Below are positions 27,230 to 38,929 of a stretch of DNA of 64,000 nucleotides, one piece after another. Both the position numbers and the translations under genes were made by a program. Source of the DNA: an uncultured delta proteobacterium. GTDB lineage: Bacteria; Myxococcota_A; Polyangia; Polyangiales; JAFGIB01. The notes under the pieces were generated by a model, which searched no databases, was not told where the DNA came from, and was given only the letters and a program-made list of their open reading frames with translations. The DNA is taken from the NCBI GenBank assembly GCA_963778655.1, contig CAVZVA010000010.1:1568001-1632000 (forward strand), written 5' to 3'. Every line of letters begins with the position of its first letter. The first letter of the stretch is position 1.

Positions 27230-29320
27230 GTGAGCGCGCGCGCTGCCGGCTGGCTGCCCCGCCATTATCAGGCTGTGCTCCTGGCGCTGACCGGCGGCCT
27301 GCTCGGCCTGCACCCGTTGGCCGAATCCGACACGTTCTTTCACCTGATGCTGGGCCGCGCGGTGCTCTCCCAGGGCTCGCGCGTGGTCCGCGAGCCCACC
27401 GCGTTCCGCGCGTTCAGCGATCCGTGCGTCGTGCCCGAGTGGCTGTGGGACGTCGCGAGCTACGGGCTGTACCGGCTGGGCGGCTATGTCGCGCTCACCG
27501 CCTTGAACGTGACGTGCGGCGCGGCGGCGGGCGTGCTGCTGCTGTGGCTTGCGCGGCGCGTCGCCGGAACGCAGGGCGCGTGGGCCTTGTTGCCGGCGCT
27601 TCTGGCGTCGAGCGCGGTGGCTACGCGGCTCAGCGACCGGCCGCAGAGCGCAGCGCTGGTGCTGCTGCCGGCGTTCCTGCTGCTCGCGTATGTCTACCGC
27701 GACCGGGCGCGGCTGCGGGCGCGCGCGGCGCTGGGGCTGGCCGCGCTTGCGCTGCTGTGGGCGCAGCTCCACGGCAGCTTCGTGTTGGCTCCCTTGCTGC
27801 TGCTCTTGGTGCTGGCGGGCGAGGCGCACGGACCGAGCCTGGCGGAGCGCGTGCGGCGGCACGGACCGCTGCTGCTCGCTTTGGCGCTGGCGGCGACCAC
27901 CAGCGCGTATGGCCTCGGCATCGGCTCGTACGTGCTCGCGCACGCCGGCGGCGACGCGGTGCGCCACATCGAGGACATGAAGCGGCTGTCGTGGGCGTCG
28001 CTGAGCCCGTTTGCCGGTGCGCGCGAGGCCGCGTTGCTGTGTCTGTGGAGCCTGGGCGCGCTGGGCCTGTGGCGGCGCGGCCTGGCCGTCTCCGAGCTCG
28101 CGCTGGCGTTGCTCGGCGCGGCGCTGGCATACACCGCGATGCGCTTCGAGATCGACGCCTGCGTGCTCGCGCTGCCACTGGCCGCGCGCGCGCTTCCGCC
28201 AGGCGCGGGCGCGCGCGCGCCTGGCGCGGCCGGCGTGTGGCCGCGGGTCGCGGCGGTGGCGCTCGCGCTCTGGCTGCCGCTGTGGTCGCGGTCGTTCGTG
28301 GATCAGTACTTCGGGCCGTGGCCAGGCGGCGGGATGGACTCGGGGCGCTTCCCGTATCTCGCGAGCCGCTACCTGCGCAAGCTGCCGCGCGGGACGCCGG
28401 TGCTGACCTCGTACGCTGCGGGTGCGCCGCTCGGCTTCTGGCTCGACGGGCGGGTGCGCACCTACGTCGACGGCCGCACGCCGATGTACTTCGACGACAC
28501 CGATTACGCGGTCGCGCGCGATCTCGCCGCCAGCCCCGAGGTGCTGTCGCGCGTGATCGCTCGCTATGGGGCTCGCGCCGCCGTGATCGAACGCGACTCG
28601 CCCGCCTGCGAGCTGCTGGCGCAACGCTGGAGCGTGGTGGTCGCCGAGCCCCGCTTCACCACGTTCGTGCCCGCGGGCTCCGCGCCGCCGCTGCAGGGGC
28701 TCTCGGCTTGCGGCGAGCTGATGCTGGCGCCCGATGCGTGCGCGCGCGAGCCCGAGCTGCGCGCCGCTGCGCGGCGCCTGCGCGCGCTCGCCGACACGCC
28801 TTACACGCGCTTTGTCGAGGTCGCGGCGGCCGTGCAGTGCGCGCCGCAGCGGGCGGGGCGCTACGCGGCGAGGCTGCAGGACGAGCGCGCCGCTCGCACG
28901 TTCTTACGCGCGCAACGCAACGCGCACGTGGCCGCGCTGCTGGCCACGGGCGAGCTCGATCGCGCCCAGGCGCTGGTGCTCGACTCGATCGGGCGGCGCT
29001 GGATGGATGGCCTGCGCTGGCTGACCACGCCGCTCGGCGAGCGCGTGCCGTTGTCGATGGCGCGGCGCTGGCTGCAGCGCGGCATCGACGCGATGGACGA
29101 CAGCGCGCCGCCCGTGCTGCGCGCACAGCTCGCGATCGCGTGCGCGGCCGAAGGCGATGCCGAGTGCGCGCGCTTGCAGGCCACGCGGGCGGCGCTGTGG
29201 GGCGAGCCCGCGGCGCTGGCGCCGCTGTCGTGGGTCGCGCAGCACCATCCGTCGGCGCGCGCCCGCGCGGACGCCCGCGCCTGGCTCGCGCTCCTGCGCC
29301 CGGCGGCCGCGCGACCGTGA
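27230..29320 (+). CDS. Polytopic membrane protein, GT-C glycosyltransferase-like
   Basis: ESDTFFHL..G, EWLW, DRP, LWAQLHGSF, YVDGR; many TM helices. Confidence 0.6.
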   Translation: MSARAAGWLPRHYQAVLLALTGGLLGLHPLAESDTFFHLMLGRAVLSQGSRVVREPTAFRAFSDPCVVPEWLWDVASYGLYRLGGYVALTALNVTCGAAAGVLLLWLARRVAGTQGAWALLPALLASSAVATRLSDRPQSAALVLLPAFLLLAYVYRDRARLRARAALGLAALALLWAQLHGSFVLAPLLLLLVLAGEAHGPSLAERVRRHGPLLLALALAATTSAYGLGIGSYVLAHAGGDAVRHIEDMKRLSWASLSPFAGAREAALLCLWSLGALGLWRRGLAVSELALALLGAALAYTAMRFEIDACVLALPLAARALPPGAGARAPGAAGVWPRVAAVALALWLPLWSRSFVDQYFGPWPGGGMDSGRFPYLASRYLRKLPRGTPVLTSYAAGAPLGFWLDGRVRTYVDGRTPMYFDDTDYAVARDLAASPEVLSRVIARYGARAAVIERDSPACELLAQRWSVVVAEPRFTTFVPAGSAPPLQGLSACGELMLAPDACAREPELRAAARRLRALADTPYTRFVEVAAAVQCAPQRAGRYAARLQDERAARTFLRAQRNAHVAALLATGELDRAQALVLDSIGRRWMDGLRWLTTPLGERVPLSMARRWLQRGIDAMDDSAPPVLRAQLAIACAAEGDAECARLQATRAALWGEPAALAPLSWVAQHHPSARARADARAWLALLRPAAARP

Positions 29321-29422
29321 GGCAGCCGCTGGCCGAGCGCCGCGGCCAAACCGGGCGACCGGCCGCGCCCGCGATCGGTCGCGCCAACGCCCGCGGCCCG
29401 GTGTAAGCTCGGCCCCCCGCTC

Positions 29423-30121
29423 ATGGATCCCGCCGGCGAGAAGGTGCTCGAGGTTCGCGACCTCACGGTGACCCTCGAGAACCACGTCGTTCTCGAGGAT
29501 CTGTCGTTCAGCGTCCGGGCCGGGGAGATCCTGACCATCCTGGGGCCCAACGGCGCGGGCAAGACGGTGCTGCTGCGCGCGCTGCTCGGCGTGCTGCCGT
29601 ACTCGGGCTCGATTCACTGGAAGCAGGGCACGCGCATCGGCTACGTGCCGCAACGCCTGCCGTACATCCGCGACGTGCCCGTCAGCGTGGGCGACTTCTT
29701 CGCGCTCAAGCACAGCTCGGCCGAGGAGGCGCGGCACATGCTGCAGGCCGTGGGGCTCGACGCGGAGGTGGCGGCCAAGCGCGTGGGCGACGTGTCCTCC
29801 GGACAGTTCCAGCGCATCTTGATCGCGTGGGGTCTGGTGGGCGATCCCCACGTGCTGCTGTTCGACGAGCCCACCACCGGCGTCGACGCCAGCGGCGAGG
29901 AGACCGTGTACGCGCTACTGGCGCGGCTGCACCGCGAGCGCCAGCTGACCATGCTCCTGGTTACGCACGACCTGGCGGTGGCGGCCCGGCTCTCGTCCAC
30001 CGTGCTGTGCCTGAACCGGCGGCCGGTGTGCCACGGTCCCCCGCTCGAGGTGCTCACGCCCGAGAGCCTGCGGCGCTTGTACGGGACCGAGGTGCGGTAC
30101 CACCAGCACAGCCACGAGTAG
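29423..30121 (+). CDS. Metal (Zn/Mn) ABC transporter ATPase, ZnuC-like
   Basis: GPNGAGKT, IGYVPQ, LLFDEPTTGVD, THD, CLNRR..C.G; His-rich tail. Confidence 0.9.
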   Translation: MDPAGEKVLEVRDLTVTLENHVVLEDLSFSVRAGEILTILGPNGAGKTVLLRALLGVLPYSGSIHWKQGTRIGYVPQRLPYIRDVPVSVGDFFALKHSSAEEARHMLQAVGLDAEVAAKRVGDVSSGQFQRILIAWGLVGDPHVLLFDEPTTGVDASGEETVYALLARLHRERQLTMLLVTHDLAVAARLSSTVLCLNRRPVCHGPPLEVLTPESLRRLYGTEVRYHQHSHE

Positions 30122-30124
30122 CGC

Positions 30125-30889
30125 ATGGGTGATCCCTTCGTCCTTGGCCTGATCTCCGGCTCGCTGATCGGCGGCGCGGCTGGCTACCTCGGCTCGCTGA
30201 TGCTGGGGCGCCGCATGGCGCTGGTGGCCGGCCCGCTCGGTCACCTGACCCTGCCCGGCATTGCGCTGGCGCTGCTCTACGGCTTCGACGTGTCGCTCGG
30301 TGCGTTTCCGTTCGTGATCCTGGGCGTGCTGCTGATCTGGCTGTTCGAGATGAAGACCAAGCTGCCGATGGAGGCGCTGACGGCGCTGGTGTTCGCCTCC
30401 GGGGTCGCGCTCGCGTTTCTCTTTCTGCCGATCGAGCAGGCCGAGACGGCGCTGGTCGGCGACATCACGCGCACCACGCCGCGCGACGCGTGGCTCTCCG
30501 CCGCGGTGTCGCTGCTGGTCATCGCCGGCGTCAAGCGCATCTACCCGAAGCTGATTCTGATCGGCATCTCCGAGGACCTGGCCACCGCCGAGGGCGTCGA
30601 CGTCAAGCGCCACAACCTGGCCTACCTGCTCTTGATCTCGGTGATCGTCGCGCTCGGCGCCAAGATGGTGGGCGGGCTGCTGACGGCCGCGCTGGTGGCG
30701 ATCCCGGCGGCAGTCGCGCGCAACCTGGCCCGCGACCTGCGCCACTACGCCGCCACCGCGATCGGCGTGGGCGTGGGCTCCTCGCTGCTCGGAATCGCGC
30801 TGTTCCGCCTGACCGGCCTGCCGGCCGGCCCGTTGATCGTGCTGGTGAGCGCGGCGGCCTTCCTGGCCTCGCTGCCCTTCGTGCGCTGA
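30125..30889 (+). CDS. Metal ABC transporter permease, ZnuB-like
   Basis: RRMALV...GHLTLPG, KMVGGLLTAALVAIPA, LPAGPLIV. Confidence 0.88.
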   Translation: MGDPFVLGLISGSLIGGAAGYLGSLMLGRRMALVAGPLGHLTLPGIALALLYGFDVSLGAFPFVILGVLLIWLFEMKTKLPMEALTALVFASGVALAFLFLPIEQAETALVGDITRTTPRDAWLSAAVSLLVIAGVKRIYPKLILIGISEDLATAEGVDVKRHNLAYLLLISVIVALGAKMVGGLLTAALVAIPAAVARNLARDLRHYAATAIGVGVGSSLLGIALFRLTGLPAGPLIVLVSAAAFLASLPFVR

Positions 30890-30919
30890 GCGCCCCGCCC
30901 TCGCCCAGATGAGATTCAG

Positions 30920-30979
30920 AGGAAAACGCGAAGCCGGGAAGCGCGGATCGTCGCTCCCTTCCCGCCTTCCCGTCTTCCT
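30920..30979. repeat. Imperfect 22-bp inverted repeat (REP-like or bidirectional terminator) between convergent genes
   Basis: AGGAAAACGCGAAGCCGGGAAG ... CTTCCCGCCTTCCCGTCTTCCT (19 of 22 positions complementary). Confidence 0.55.
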
Positions 30980-30995
30980 GTTGATCTTCGGAAGG

Positions 30996-32252
30996 CTACC
31001 GTACCGCGCGCCTTGTCAGCACCACCGCGAGCACGCCGAGCGCGAGCGAGGCTGCGGCCCAGGCGAGCTCCTGGCGCGTGGCCTGGGTGAAGATCCAGAG
31101 GCTGACCGCAGCGCCGAGCAGCGGCAGCAGCGGGCCGAGCGGGATTCGGAAGCCGCGCGCGGGCGGGCGTGCGCGCAGCTTGGGCACCGCTAGGCAGGTC
31201 GCCAGGTACTGCGTGGCGACCGCCACGTTCGACATCCCGATCAGCGAGCGATAGTCGAGCGGGATCACCAGCAGCATGGCCGCGATCGCGGTCACCACCA
31301 CCGCCTTGTGCGGCGATTCGAAGCGCGGGTGTACGGCGCCGAGCGCCGCGGGCAGGTAGCCGTCCTGCGCCATCGCGAACAGATAGCGCGGCGTGCCGAG
31401 CGCGCTGCCCGACACGAAGCCCAGGGTGGAGACCAGGCCGCCGGCCGTGACCACCAGCCCCAGCGCGGGCACCACCGCGATCGCCGCGTCCGCCAGCGGC
31501 GTGTCGCTGACCGCGCCCAGCCGGCCGTAGCCGCCGACCAGCGCGCACTGCACCACCACGTAGAGCAGCGAAGCGGCGAGCATCGAGGCGATCACCGCGA
31601 TCGGCACGTGGCGCTCGGGCGCGTGGGTCTCGCCCGCCGGCACCGGCACCACCTCGAAGCCCTGCGCCGCGAACACCGCCATGAAGGTCGCCGCGCCCAC
31701 GCCGGACAGCCCGTGCGGCGCCGGCGCCGAGAAGGGCGCGAGCGAAAGGTGCGGCAGCAGCGCCGCCACCAGCACCACCAGCACCGCGAACTTGCCCAGC
31801 GTGAACAGGTCGACGGTGCGCGCCCCGGGCCGCGCGCCGCGGTAGTTGATCCAGGCGAAGAACGCGATCACCAGCAGGCCCACGGCCTTGCCTGCGACGG
31901 CGCCCGACAGCGCCGGCAGCAGCCGGCCGAGATAGGCCGCCGCGGCCGAGGAAACCGCCGCGAAGGAAAAGGTCGAGTTCGCGAAGCACATCCAGCCTAC
32001 CGCAAAGCCCACGCGCGGCCCGAACGCCTCGCGCGCGTAGACGTACGGCCCGCCCGTGCGGTCGACGCTGCTGGCGGCCTCCGAGTAGCACAGCGCGACC
32101 GGCAGCAGACCGAGCGCGCACAGCACAAAGGCCAGCGGCGAGAGCCCGCCCATCTCGCGGTACAGGTCGTCGGGCAGCAGGAAGATGCCGGAGCCGACGA
32201 TGGCGTTCAGCCCGATGCAGGTGACATCGAACAGGCCCAGCGATCGCCGCAT
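30996..32252 (-). CDS. APC family amino acid permease
   Basis: NAIVGSGIF, TGGPYVY, GFE, PRYLFAMAQDG.LP. Confidence 0.93.
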   Translation of the reverse strand: MRRSLGLFDVTCIGLNAIVGSGIFLLPDDLYREMGGLSPLAFVLCALGLLPVALCYSEAASSVDRTGGPYVYAREAFGPRVGFAVGWMCFANSTFSFAAVSSAAAAYLGRLLPALSGAVAGKAVGLLVIAFFAWINYRGARPGARTVDLFTLGKFAVLVVLVAALLPHLSLAPFSAPAPHGLSGVGAATFMAVFAAQGFEVVPVPAGETHAPERHVPIAVIASMLAASLLYVVVQCALVGGYGRLGAVSDTPLADAAIAVVPALGLVVTAGGLVSTLGFVSGSALGTPRYLFAMAQDGYLPAALGAVHPRFESPHKAVVVTAIAAMLLVIPLDYRSLIGMSNVAVATQYLATCLAVPKLRARPPARGFRIPLGPLLPLLGAAVSLWIFTQATRQELAWAAASLALGVLAVVLTRRAVR

Positions 32253-32307
32253 GCGGGCATCCTCGCACGCTTTGCTCGCGCTTGCGCGCGCTCGCCGCGG
32301 GGCGGGC

Positions 32308-33705
32308 TCAGGGCGCGGCGATCACCACGCAGCGCGTCCACGGCTCGGGCGCGCCGCCGCTCGGCTTGGTCTGGCTGCTCAGGCGCAGATAGTAGGGGGC
32401 GTCGGCTGTCACACCGAAGCCGTTGAGATTGATGTCTCCCTGCTGGGTCTGCGGCGCGGACACCAGCACCGCGTCCGAAGCGTCGCGCAGCTCGGCCAGC
32501 AGGCCGCGCACGCCCGAGCCGCCGCTCTGGCCCTCGCATGCCACCGTGATCTGCTCGCCTGCCTTGGCGTCGAAGCGGTAGTAGTCGACGTCGTCGGGCG
32601 GCAAGGTGGACAGCAGCAAGCCCCTGCGGCTGAAGCTGCCTTGCATGTCGATGATCTGCGCGCCGACCAGCTGATTGTTGTCGGTGTCGGACAGCTCGGG
32701 CGGGTTGTCGGGAAGCTGCACCAGGTCGATCGCGTAGAAGCCGTTGTCGCCGAGCTCGCTCTGCGTGGTCAGCTTGACGCGATAATCCCCATCGGTGATC
32801 GGCGGGTGGAAGTACTCCTGGCCCATGCTGCCCAGGATCTCCGCCAGCGGCTGGCCGGCGCTGGTCTCGACCCGCAGGTCGGTGTAGCCCGCGCTCGAGC
32901 CGTTGCCGGGCACGCCCGCCGGCAGCACGTGTCCGACCAGCACCTGGGCGTGCAGGCCGCTGAAGGTGAGCTCCTCGGTCTGATCGGGCGCGAAGCTGCC
33001 CACCACCGTGGCGTAGGCGTAGCCGCTGGCCGCGTCGGTGGCGAACTCGACCGGGGTGGGGCCCTCGCCCTGCTTTATGGCCACGCCCGGCGTGCCCGGA
33101 AGCAGGGCCTTGAGCGTGAAGTGGTAGTAGATGAGCGAGAACGCGCTGTTGAAGTAGTCGGGCGGGATCGCGGGATCTTGCACGCGCGCGTAGTACCTGC
33201 CGCTGCGTGGCAGCCGCACGACCAGGCGCGCGTCGATGGCGTCGCCCGGCCACATCGAGCCGCTGTCGTTCTCCGCGATCAGCTGTCGATCGGGGTCGTA
33301 GAGCTTGATCACGGTGTCGGGGCTGAAATCGTTGACGTCCGTGGCCAGTGCGAAATAGTCGCCCTCGTTGCCGTCGAAGGCGTAGAAGTCGGCCTGGGTG
33401 GCGCTGTAGACCGTCTGCAGCACGGGCTGCGAATCGGGCTCGACCAGCAACGCGGTATCGAAGCTCAGGTTGGTGGGCTGGAACGGCGCCGTCGCTGCGT
33501 CGGTCCCGGCGTCCACCGTCGCGTCCACGGCCGCGGCGTCCACGGCCGCGGCGTCCAGGCCGGCGTCCGCGCCCGCAGCCGCATCGCCCGCTTGCGCGGC
33601 CTCGGCGTCCCGGCCGCCGGCAGGCACGGTGGCGCGACCGTCGCTGCAGCCGAGCGCGACCGTCCACATGCCGGCGGCGAGCGCCATGCTGCGGCCAACA
33701 CCCAT
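32308..33705 (-). CDS. Lipoprotein with PPC (pre-peptidase C-terminal)-like domains
   Basis: ALGC lipobox, DA-rich linker, DFYAF..DTVIKLYD..AEND..GRYY and DVDYYRF repeats. Confidence 0.65.
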   Translation of the reverse strand: MGVGRSMALAAGMWTVALGCSDGRATVPAGGRDAEAAQAGDAAAGADAGLDAAAVDAAAVDATVDAGTDAATAPFQPTNLSFDTALLVEPDSQPVLQTVYSATQADFYAFDGNEGDYFALATDVNDFSPDTVIKLYDPDRQLIAENDSGSMWPGDAIDARLVVRLPRSGRYYARVQDPAIPPDYFNSAFSLIYYHFTLKALLPGTPGVAIKQGEGPTPVEFATDAASGYAYATVVGSFAPDQTEELTFSGLHAQVLVGHVLPAGVPGNGSSAGYTDLRVETSAGQPLAEILGSMGQEYFHPPITDGDYRVKLTTQSELGDNGFYAIDLVQLPDNPPELSDTDNNQLVGAQIIDMQGSFSRRGLLLSTLPPDDVDYYRFDAKAGEQITVACEGQSGGSGVRGLLAELRDASDAVLVSAPQTQQGDINLNGFGVTADAPYYLRLSSQTKPSGGAPEPWTRCVVIAAP

Positions 33706-33778
33706 GCCCGCAGCCTACGCGACCTGGCCCGGTTTTGCACCGCGACACGAGGTCGCAGCCCAGCTGTGCAAGATCGGC

Positions 33779-35581
<1,803 letters not shown>

Positions 35582-35708
35582 GGTCTCGCTCCCACCCCTG
35601 TGGCGCGCGCCGGCGCGCAAGGAGCGTGTCCGATCGTAGCACGCCGGCGTTTCCGGGAAAGTTGCGGGACTTGGTCTGCCCGGCGGCCGTCGCTAGGATG
35701 GCACAGGG

Positions 35709-37379
35709 ATGTGCTCCGGGGCTCGGGTGGGTGGCTGGGCGTGCTGCGTGCTGTGGCTGGGCGCTTGCTCGGGCACGATTCACCAGGCGCAGGGTCGGGC
35801 GCGGCCCGGGGGGGCGGCGCCGGCTATGGCTGGTGGGGTCGCCGGCACGGGCGCGGCGGCCGGCGGCGCGCCGTTCGTGGCGGCGGCCAGCGTGGCGCGC
35901 AGGCTCTCCCGCGCCGAGCTCGACAACACGCTACGCGACCTGCTGGGCGACGACAGCGCGCCGGCCACGCGCTTGCTGGCCGAAGAGCTGTATTCGCCCT
36001 ATGACAACGACTACACCACGCAGGCCGCGTCGGGCGCGCTGATCGACTCGCTCGAGGCGATGGCGACCGACGTCGCGGCGCGCGTGGTCGCCGACCCGGG
36101 GCTGCGCGCGCGGCTTGTGCCGTGCACGCCTTCGGGGCCGGGCGATGCCGCGTGCTTCCGCCAGTTCGTAGGCAGCTTTGGACGCCGCGCCTTGCGCCGG
36201 CCGCTCACCAGCCAGGAGCTGGACGCGTACCAGACGCTGCTCGACTACGCGACCGAGGACAACCCGGCGGTGCCTCACGATTTCTACACCGCGGTCGAGC
36301 TCACGCTGCGCTCGGTGCTGCAGGACCCGGAGTTTCTCTACCGCATCGAGGTCGGCACGCCGACCGCGACCGCTTCGGTGGATGCGCTCGACGACTACGA
36401 GATTGCGGCGCGCCTGAGCTACCTGCTATGGGGCAGCACGCCCGACGACGCCCTGCTGGACGATGCCGACGCCGGCCGGCTGCAGGTCCCCGCGGGCCGG
36501 CGCGCAGCGGCCGAGCGCCTGCTCGCCGACCCCCGCGCCCGCGCGCAGCTACACCGCTTTCACGCGATGTGGTTGGGTTATCGCGCGATTCCGCAGCCGC
36601 CCGAGCTGACGGCCGAGCTGCAGCGCGAGACCACCGCGCTGATCGACCGCATCGTGTTCGACGAGCCGCAGAGCTATCTTAACCTGTTCACCTTCCCGCA
36701 GACCCGGCTCGACGACGCGCTGGCCGATCACTACGGGCTGCCGCGGCCGGCGGGCGGCGACGGCTGGGTCGACTACGGCGACAGCGGCCGCGCGGGAATT
36801 CTCTCGCACGGCAGCGTCCTGGGCGCGTTCAGCAAGTTCAGCGACACCAGTCCCACCCAGCGCGGGATCCTGATCCGCACCCGGCTGCTGTGCCAGACGA
36901 TCGGCCGGCCGCCCGCCAACGTCATGGCCGACAAGCCGCCGGGCGACAACAGCGCGGTGTGCAAGTACGACCGTTACGCCGAGCACCGCGCGAACGCCGC
37001 GTGCGCCAGCTGTCACGATCAGCTCGACCCGATCGGCTTCGGGCTGGAGCGCTACGACATCGGGGGCGTGTACCGCACGCACGATGAGGGCTTGCCGCAG
37101 TGCGCGATCTCGGGTCAGGGCGAGGTCAAGGGCTACGGGACCTTCAGCGGCCCCGGTGAGCTCGGCAAGCTGCTGGTCGAGAAGGGGCTGGTGCAGCCCT
37201 GCATCGTGCGCCAGCTCTGGCAGTTCGCGAGCGGCCGGCCCGCCTTGCCCGAGGAGAGCGCGGAGATCGACGCGCTCAGCGCGGGCTTCGAGCAGCACGG
37301 CTACGCGCTGCAGCAGCTGCTGCTCGCCTACGTGGCGGAGCCGGCGTTCGCCCTGCGCCGCGAGCCGGAGATGATGTGA
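35709..37379 (+). CDS. DUF1592/DUF1588-family (PSD/PSCyt3) lipoprotein with CxxCH
   Basis: LGAC lipobox; RRLSRAELDNTLRDL, PEFLYRIE, RLSYLLWGSTPD, TSPTQRG, CASCH..DPIGFGLE. Confidence 0.88.
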   Translation: MCSGARVGGWACCVLWLGACSGTIHQAQGRARPGGAAPAMAGGVAGTGAAAGGAPFVAAASVARRLSRAELDNTLRDLLGDDSAPATRLLAEELYSPYDNDYTTQAASGALIDSLEAMATDVAARVVADPGLRARLVPCTPSGPGDAACFRQFVGSFGRRALRRPLTSQELDAYQTLLDYATEDNPAVPHDFYTAVELTLRSVLQDPEFLYRIEVGTPTATASVDALDDYEIAARLSYLLWGSTPDDALLDDADAGRLQVPAGRRAAAERLLADPRARAQLHRFHAMWLGYRAIPQPPELTAELQRETTALIDRIVFDEPQSYLNLFTFPQTRLDDALADHYGLPRPAGGDGWVDYGDSGRAGILSHGSVLGAFSKFSDTSPTQRGILIRTRLLCQTIGRPPANVMADKPPGDNSAVCKYDRYAEHRANAACASCHDQLDPIGFGLERYDIGGVYRTHDEGLPQCAISGQGEVKGYGTFSGPGELGKLLVEKGLVQPCIVRQLWQFASGRPALPEESAEIDALSAGFEQHGYALQQLLLAYVAEPAFALRREPEMM

Positions 37380-38929
37380 GCGTGGCGATCAAGCTCAGGC
37401 GTCGTACGATCTTGAAGGGCCTGGGCGGGGCGGCGGTGGGCTTGCCGCTGCTCGAGTGCATGTTGAACGAGCACGGCACGGCCCTGGCGCAGAGCGCGCA
37501 GCCGCTGCCCCGGCGCTACGCGATCGTGTTCGCGGGCCAGGCGCTCGGCGGCGACGACTACGAGAAGAACGAGTCGCTGGTGAACGGCCAGCGCATCACC
37601 GAGGACGGCCACCACATCGTGCCGCCGCAGTCGGGCGCGGGCTACGCGATCACCACGCCGCTGCGGCCGCTGCGCGACCTGCAGGGCGACTTCAACCTGG
37701 TCTCGGGCATGCGCATTCCCTACAACGTCGACTCCGCCGACGCCGCGGACGTGCCGGCCGGCGGCGCGTTTCGCGATTTTCACGGCGGCGGCTGCTGCCC
37801 GCTGTTGTGCGGCACGCGCTCGCTCTCCCCGGAGTTCACTGCGCGCAGCATCACCTCCGACCAGCTGATCGCGCAGCTCAATCAGGGCAAGACGCCGCTG
37901 CCCTCGCTGGTGCTGCGCGCGCAGCCCTCGTTCTACCTTAGCGGCTACAGCTTCGCGGGGCGCCACCGCATCTCTTATCGGGGCGACGGCGATCCGATCG
38001 AGGCGCAAGACAGCCCGCAGACCGCCTATCAGTCGATCTTCGGCAACTTCATGCCCAGCGGCGCGGCCGACCAGGCCAAGCACGACTTCGAGCAGCGCTC
38101 GCGCAGGAGCGTGCTCGACCTCATCACCCAGAAACGGGCGCGCGTGCTCGGCATGGTCGGGGCGGCCGATCACGCGCGCCTGCAGCGACACTTCGACGAG
38201 ATCCGCGACCTCGAGCAGCGCATCGCTGAGCTCTCCCCGACGGCCGCAGGCCAGTGCCAGCGCCCCGCGGACCCGGGCGTGGACCCCGGCATCGGCGGCG
38301 ACAACGCAGGCGCCGGCTCGGATGCGATCGCGACCAATACCGGCTACAGCGACGAGGACGCGCGCACGCGGGTGATGCTCGATCTGATCCACATGGCCTT
38401 CGTGTGCGACCTGACGCGCGCAGCCACGCTCCAGATCACCGCGTTCCAGTCGCACATGAACGTGTACCCGATCTCGGGCAACCTCGATTCGCCGATCGCG
38501 CTCAGCCGCCCCATCCGCGCCGATCTGCACGAGGTCGGGCACAACGGCGACACCGAGTTCCGCGGCCAGCTCCCGGTCAGCCTGCTGCTGCAGTGGCACC
38601 TCGGCCACTACGGCTACCTGCTGGACAAGCTCAAGGCCACGCCGGAAGGCGCGGGCTCGGTGCTCGACAACGCCGTGGTGGTGTTCATGCCCGAGGCCGG
38701 ACACGGCCGCCACCTCAACAGCCCCAGCGACACCAGTCCCAAGACCCACTCGGTCGAGGAGATGGTGCTGCTGGTCGGCGGTCGGTCCGGCGGTCTGGTG
38801 CCGGGCCGCCACATTCCCACCAGCGGCGCGCACCCGGCGCAGTGTCTGCTGAGCTGCATGCAGGCCGCGGGCTACAGCGGCGACAGCTTCGGCGAGGTCC
38901 AGGGTAACCTGCCCGAGCTGTTCAGCTGA
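37376..38929 (+). CDS. DUF1552 (HXXSHH-type) protein with Tat-like signal
   Basis: RRRTILKGLG...LPLLE, SITSDQ, SVLD, AFVCDLTR.AT, HEVGH, GSVLDN; GTGA overlap. Confidence 0.85.
   Translation: MSVAIKLRRRTILKGLGGAAVGLPLLECMLNEHGTALAQSAQPLPRRYAIVFAGQALGGDDYEKNESLVNGQRITEDGHHIVPPQSGAGYAITTPLRPLRDLQGDFNLVSGMRIPYNVDSADAADVPAGGAFRDFHGGGCCPLLCGTRSLSPEFTARSITSDQLIAQLNQGKTPLPSLVLRAQPSFYLSGYSFAGRHRISYRGDGDPIEAQDSPQTAYQSIFGNFMPSGAADQAKHDFEQRSRRSVLDLITQKRARVLGMVGAADHARLQRHFDEIRDLEQRIAELSPTAAGQCQRPADPGVDPGIGGDNAGAGSDAIATNTGYSDEDARTRVMLDLIHMAFVCDLTRAATLQITAFQSHMNVYPISGNLDSPIALSRPIRADLHEVGHNGDTEFRGQLPVSLLLQWHLGHYGYLLDKLKATPEGAGSVLDNAVVVFMPEAGHGRHLNSPSDTSPKTHSVEEMVLLVGGRSGGLVPGRHIPTSGAHPAQCLLSCMQAAGYSGDSFGEVQGNLPELFS

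Noticed and set aside
35698..35713. TGGCACAGGGATGTGC as a sigma-54 promoter
   Set aside because: GG-to-GC spacing is 11 rather than 10, and it overlaps the predicted start codon
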